DNA of 64,000 nt from Eubacteriales bacterium (GTDB lineage Bacteria; Bacillota; Clostridia; Oscillospirales; CAG-272), in assembly GCA_045638685.1 (NCBI GenBank), contig JAZUBT010000035.1, positions 1,788 to 65,787 on the forward strand, read 5' to 3'. Shown piece by piece: positions 59,733 to 64,000 of the stretch. The notes beneath the pieces are model-generated. The model ran no database searches. It saw nothing but the letters and a program-made list of their open reading frames with translations, and was not told where the DNA came from. A program made the position numbers and the translations under genes. Numbering within the stretch: position 1 is the stretch's first letter; every line of letters starts with the position of its first letter.

Positions 59733-60683
59733 ATGAACAGATATTTGCCCGAGGGAAGCCTTATCGGTACTCGCGAAAACAGAGAATACGTAACGTCAGT
59801 CAGCGGACTTGAAAGAGCTATGGCAGAGGGAAAGATACTTGAAGGTATGGCGGTAAGCTGTGATAGAGAGCTTAACATCACCGTTGACCTTTACGGAATA
59901 AAGGGAATTATTCCCAAAAACGAGGCGCTCTACTCCGAGGAGGGCTTTAAGGATATAGCCGTTATAACGAGAGTAGGTAAGGCGGTGGCGTTTAAGGTTA
60001 TAGGAATGGAGAAGGAGGAGGACGGTAGCATAAGAGCGGTGCTTTCAAGACGCGCGGCGCAGATTGAATGTATGCAGCGCTACGTAACGCAGCTTTACGA
60101 GGGGGATATAATAAATGCGAAGGTAACGCATCTTGAACAGTTCGGAGCTTTTGTTGACGTTGGCTGCGGTATAGTTTCGCTTCTTTGTATAGACTGTATT
60201 TCGGTATCAAGAATATCTCACCCGAAAAACAGATTTAGCGTAGGAATGCCTATAAAAGCGGTGGTTAAAAGTATTGACCGAGAGACGGGTAGGCTTTACG
60301 TAACTCATAAAGAGCTGCTCGGTACGTGGAAGGAAAACGTGCAGCGCTTTCATATAGGACAGACGGTTTCGGGGGTAGTGAGATCAATAGAGGACTACGG
60401 TGTTTTTATTGAGCTTACGCCTAATCTCGCGGGGCTTGGCGAGCTTTCCGAGGGAATAAACGTCGGGGATACGGTGGCGGTTTACATAAAAAACATTATA
60501 CCTGAGAGAATGAAGATTAAGCTTGTTATAATAGACGTAGGCAAGAACGACGATACCTTACCGGGCTTTGAATATTTTATAAACGATAGCGAGCATATCG
60601 ATAGATGGGTGTATTCGCCCGAAGAAAGTAAGCGAGTGGTGGAAACCGTTTTTGACGGAGATGATTCCCATTCCTTAAATTAA
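59733..60683 (+). CDS. S1 RNA-binding domain protein (ribosomal S1-like)
   Basis: About three S1 repeats (FGAFVDVG, YGVFIEL). Confidence 0.85.
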   Translation: MNRYLPEGSLIGTRENREYVTSVSGLERAMAEGKILEGMAVSCDRELNITVDLYGIKGIIPKNEALYSEEGFKDIAVITRVGKAVAFKVIGMEKEEDGSIRAVLSRRAAQIECMQRYVTQLYEGDIINAKVTHLEQFGAFVDVGCGIVSLLCIDCISVSRISHPKNRFSVGMPIKAVVKSIDRETGRLYVTHKELLGTWKENVQRFHIGQTVSGVVRSIEDYGVFIELTPNLAGLGELSEGINVGDTVAVYIKNIIPERMKIKLVIIDVGKNDDTLPGFEYFINDSEHIDRWVYSPEESKRVVETVFDGDDSHSLN

Positions 60684-60799
60684 CCGCTCCGTTTTCCGCT
60701 TTTGGTTCTCAGCTTTTTGCACAAGCAGAAAGAGCAAACACACAAGACGAAAAGCTCTTGTTTGTTTGCTCTTTTGTTTTTACTCTACGGTGAGAAAGC

Positions 60800-61276
60800 T
60801 TAAATTTCTCTGCCGCGGCTTTTTTGGTATCGTTCAATGTCGCGGTCAGCCTGCTTTTTAGCGGCATCCTCGCGTTTGTCATATAATTTTTTTCCCTTGC
60901 AAAGCCCAAGCTCAAGCTTTACGTGAGAGCCGCTGAAATAAAGAGATAGAGGGACTAAGGTGTACCCTTGCTGACCTATAAGCCCTTTAAGCTTCATAAT
61001 CTCTCTTTTGTGCATCAGCAGCTTTCGGTCGCGCAGAGGATCTCTGTTAAAGATATTGCCCTTTTCGTAAGGACTTATGTGGATTCCCGTTGCGAAAATC
61101 TCTCCGTTATCTATAACGCAGTATGAATCCTTTAAATTAACCTGTCCTGCGCGAAGGCTTTTGACCTCGGTTCCGAAAAGAGCTATACCCGTCTCGTAGG
61201 TTTCATCTACGAAAAAATCGTGGTACGCCTTGCGGTTTTGCGCAATTATTTTTTTATGGGATTTGTTTTCCGCCAT
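60800..61276 (-). CDS. smpB: SsrA-binding protein
   Basis: [33 protein letters not shown]. Confidence 0.97.
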   Translation of the reverse strand: MAENKSHKKIIAQNRKAYHDFFVDETYETGIALFGTEVKSLRAGQVNLKDSYCVIDNGEIFATGIHISPYEKGNIFNRDPLRDRKLLMHKREIMKLKGLIGQQGYTLVPLSLYFSGSHVKLELGLCKGKKLYDKREDAAKKQADRDIERYQKSRGREI

Positions 61277-61381
61277 TGTTTTTCTCCAATTGTTTTAAAA
61301 GTTACGTAAGAAGGGCGACGCATCGGTGCGAGGTCGCATACCGGAATTTCTGCGCCAAGAGAGAGCGTCTGCCGTTTGTTT

Positions 61382-62095
61382 TCAGGACTGCGGAACGGGA
61401 ATGGACACCTTTTCCGTTTTAAGCGAATAACTGCCGGTTGCACTTTCGCAGCCTACGGCAAGAACGTATATATACCCACCGTCAAGCGTTACCGTCTCTG
61501 TTTTATTTGCCGAAAAACGGGCTACCTCATGAACGTACGTGTCTTCAATTATATTTATACCGAGCTCGTTTTGCTTTACTCTGTAACTTTCGTCTATTCG
61601 CAGTATTCTCGCTTCAAGATTTCCGCTTGTTAGCTCGGATGAGAAAATGAAGTTAAGGGTGCTGTCGGTTTTTTTAGCATAGGTAAGGTCATAGTGGTTG
61701 AAGCTTTTAAAATTAACACTGTAATTTACCGTTTCGCTGCCCGAAAAATCGTTAGGGTAAATTCCCTTTGCGTTGTTATATTTTACAGTAGTATTATAGC
61801 TTAGCGCGAAGGATGCGTCCGAGTCGAAGAAATTATAGCCGTACTCGTTATCGAAAACGCCGATAAATTCGGAAAAACCAAGCGTTTGCAGAGACGTGTC
61901 CTCTCCGTTGGTATCCTTAAGTATAACGCTTGACATCAGCTCGCCGTAAATGGCTACCGACTGTCCTCCGTATATATATCCGGACAGTATAGCTATAATT
62001 AGACCTACTATGCCTATTATCCATATCCACAGAGGGAGCTTGCCCGTGCTTTTCTTATCGTCATTGAAGCTGTTATGGTTAAAATAACTGTTCAC
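61382..62095 (-). CDS. Hypothetical protein with N-terminal TM anchor
   Basis: GTG start, TM segment LWIWIIGIVGLIIAIL, beta-rich remainder. Confidence 0.7.
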   Translation of the reverse strand: MNSYFNHNSFNDDKKSTGKLPLWIWIIGIVGLIIAILSGYIYGGQSVAIYGELMSSVILKDTNGEDTSLQTLGFSEFIGVFDNEYGYNFFDSDASFALSYNTTVKYNNAKGIYPNDFSGSETVNYSVNFKSFNHYDLTYAKKTDSTLNFIFSSELTSGNLEARILRIDESYRVKQNELGINIIEDTYVHEVARFSANKTETVTLDGGYIYVLAVGCESATGSYSLKTEKVSIPVPQS

Positions 62096-62114
62096 TTTGC
62101 AATCACTTTCTGAG

Positions 62115-62321
62115 TTAAATTTCTTTTTTCGTTATTTTTTCTAACTTTCCGTCGGGGCGCTGAATAGAAGTGTTATCAAGTATTCCGATTAGCCCACGCC
62201 GAAAATCCTCTCTGTATTCGTCGCGAAGAGCCTTTTGTTCGGCAAGCTCCTCTGCCGAAAGCGGCTCCTTTTTTGATTTTCTCGCGAGAAAATTAAGTCT
62301 GTCAAGCTTTTTCTGTTCCAA
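62115..62321 (-). CDS. DUF896 (UPF0291/YnzC-like) protein
   Basis: RLN.LARKSK...LS.EE..EQ..LR.EY. Confidence 0.85.
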   Translation of the reverse strand: MEQKKLDRLNFLARKSKKEPLSAEELAEQKALRDEYREDFRRGLIGILDNTSIQRPDGKLEKITKKEI

Positions 62322-62356
62322 TTTTAAAAAATTCCTTTCGGTATTTGTACAATGCT

Positions 62357-62385
62357 ATTATACTGTAATAAAGATATTATGTCAA
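62357..62385 (-). promoter_or_regulatory. Consensus sigma-A promoter for the DUF896-hypothetical-smpB unit
   Basis: Minus strand TTGACA-17-TATAAT. Confidence 0.85.
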
Positions 62386-62449
62386 GGCAGAAATAGTAAT
62401 ATTTATAAAACTTTGTTAAAATTGCATATAAAATAATAAAGTAAAAATA

Positions 62450-62478
62450 TTGATAAATTTTGGAAAATATGCTATAAT
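62450..62478 (+). promoter_or_regulatory. Sigma-A promoter for the EIIC-like gene
   Basis: TTGATA-17-TG n TATAAT. Confidence 0.75.
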
Positions 62479-62553
62479 TATTTTGTTATTATCATTAAAA
62501 ACCGAATTTTGCCGAATTATGAGACGTTGCAAAACGGTTAAAAGAAAGGAAGA

Positions 62554-63699
62554 ATGAAAATGGATAATAATCAGGAAAAGGTAGAAAAACAGGAAAATAA
62601 GATTTTGGCATTTCTTAAAAGAAAGAACGTAGAAATTTCCGCGAAGCGCTACGGCATAGACGCGCTCGGAGCAATGGCGCTCGGTCTCTTTGCCTCGCTT
62701 CTTATAGGTACCATTCTCAAAGCTCTCGGAATGATTCCGGGACTTGACGTTTTCAAGGAGCTTGGCGGCTACGCTCAGGCGGTTGCCGGACCGGCTATGG
62801 CGGTGGCTATCGCGTTCGCTCTTAAAGCTCCGCCGCTGGTTATGTATTCAGCTCTTATGGTTGGACAAGCTTCAAACGCTCTCGGTGGCGCGGGCGGACC
62901 TCTTGCGGTTCTTTTCATTACGATAATTGCCGTTGAGTTCGGTAAGATAGTATCTAAGGAAACAAAGGTTGATATACTCGTAACTCCCTTTGTAACGGTT
63001 GTTGTCGGAGGACTTCTTGCAAAGCTTATCGCTCCCGGCATTGGAGTTATAGTCGGTTATCTCAGTAACTTCATCGGCTGGGCAACCACTCAGCAGCCCT
63101 TCATAATGGGTGTTATCGTTTCTGTTATTATAGGCATAGCGCTTACTCTTCCGATAAGCTCCGCGGCCATCTGCGCGGCTCTTGGTCTTAGCGGCATGGC
63201 GGTATATAACGCTGCGGGTGAGCTTATAGCTCGCGATTATAACGGACTTGCCCTTGCTGGCGGCGCCGCGGTTGCGGGATGCTGCGCGCATATGATTGGC
63301 TTTGCGGTTATGAGCTTTAAGGAAAACGGTGTTGGCGGACTTGTTTCTCAGGGTATAGGAACCAGCATGCTTCAGATGCCTAACCTTGTAAAAAATCCCC
63401 GTCTTTGGATCCCCCCGATTATTGTTTCTGCTATTACCGGCCCGCTTGCTACCTGTGTTTTCAAAATGAGAATGTTCGACGTTGCGATAAACTCCGGTAT
63501 GGGTACCTGCGGACTTCTCGGTCCTATCGGTATTATCCTCGGCTGGTTCGGTGGACAGTACCCCGATGCCGTAACCGCGCTTGACTGGGTTGGCGTTGCT
63601 CTCGTATGCTTTGTTATCCCTGCGGTTCTCACTCCCATTCTCGGTGAGGTTCTGAGAAGAATAGGCTGGATAAAGGAAAACGACTTAAAGCTTGACTAA
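62554..63699 (+). CDS. PTS EIIC-like (EIIC_2 family) membrane transporter
   Basis: IDALGAMALGLFASLLIG, TLPISSAA, GTSMLQ.PN, SGMGTCGL.G. Confidence 0.82.
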   Translation: MKMDNNQEKVEKQENKILAFLKRKNVEISAKRYGIDALGAMALGLFASLLIGTILKALGMIPGLDVFKELGGYAQAVAGPAMAVAIAFALKAPPLVMYSALMVGQASNALGGAGGPLAVLFITIIAVEFGKIVSKETKVDILVTPFVTVVVGGLLAKLIAPGIGVIVGYLSNFIGWATTQQPFIMGVIVSVIIGIALTLPISSAAICAALGLSGMAVYNAAGELIARDYNGLALAGGAAVAGCCAHMIGFAVMSFKENGVGGLVSQGIGTSMLQMPNLVKNPRLWIPPIIVSAITGPLATCVFKMRMFDVAINSGMGTCGLLGPIGIILGWFGGQYPDAVTALDWVGVALVCFVIPAVLTPILGEVLRRIGWIKENDLKLD

Positions 63700-63769
63700 A
63701 TTATAAGTTAAAGAATAAAAAGCTTTAATAAGGCAAAGAATAAAGAAAAATAAAACTGACGGAGAAGAT

Positions 63770-64000
63770 ATGGTTATAACCGAAAAAAGAAAGGTTGTCG
63801 TGGTCGGATGCGGATTCGTAGGAATGAGCTATGCCTACGCTATGGTAAACCGCGGCACCTGCGACGAGCTTGTACTGATAGACATTGATAAAAAACGAGC
63901 TGAAGGAGAGGCTATGGACTTAAATCACGGTCTCGCCTTTGCCTCAAGCAATATGAAAATCAAGGCGGGAGAGTATAGCGATTGCTTTGACGCGGATATA
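63770..64000 (+). CDS. ldh: L-lactate dehydrogenase (5' part; runs off the window)
   Basis: MVITEKRKVVVVGCGFVGMSYAY...ELVLIDID..RAEGEAMDLNHG; GGAG RBS. Confidence 0.9.
   Translation, partial: MVITEKRKVVVVGCGFVGMSYAYAMVNRGTCDELVLIDIDKKRAEGEAMDLNHGLAFASSNMKIKAGEYSDCFDADI

Noticed and set aside
60690-61380. tmRNA (ssrA) or an integration site near smpB
   Set aside because: No tmRNA 5' GGGG/3' CCACCA ends, tag frame, integrase or att duplication visible.

Overview
Core chromosomal region of a low-to-mid GC, spore-forming Firmicute (Clostridia; gene content resembles Oscillospiraceae/Ruminococcaceae, an inference). It holds about 60 protein-coding genes. I see no rRNA, tRNA, CRISPR array, integrase or transposase. 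Recognisable blocks: 2-oxoacid:ferredoxin oxidoreductase (vor-type) genes with ilvE; a Leu T-box-controlled operon followed by azlCD; ctsR-mcsA-mcsB-clpC with CtsR boxes; a heterodimeric ABC exporter; mazG, prs, mutS2-yraN-rnhB-rbgA-lepB-apgM; rplS with L19 leader; yqfC-yqfD-phoH-ybeY-era-recO-thrC; tig-clpP-clpX; pgk-tpiA-HPr-like; Gld-like ABC genes; uppP; a MacB-like ABC fusion; smpB; and the start of ldh. Three signals stand out. (1) At 0.15-10.3 kb, a leucine T-box drives a LeuA homologue lacking its catalytic motifs but keeping its regulatory domain. It is coupled to a TIM-barrel/acyl-CoA-ligase fusion and sits beside Vor and IlvE, a plausible branched-chain fatty acid to amino acid (reductive carboxylation) system. 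(2) At 45.6-45.8 kb, an unannotated 230-nt intergenic element can fold into a perfect four-way junction. (3) ClpX carries a Walker-B E-to-Q change among clustered G-to-C substitutions, which may be real or consensus errors. All calls come from reading motifs by eye; no database searches were run.
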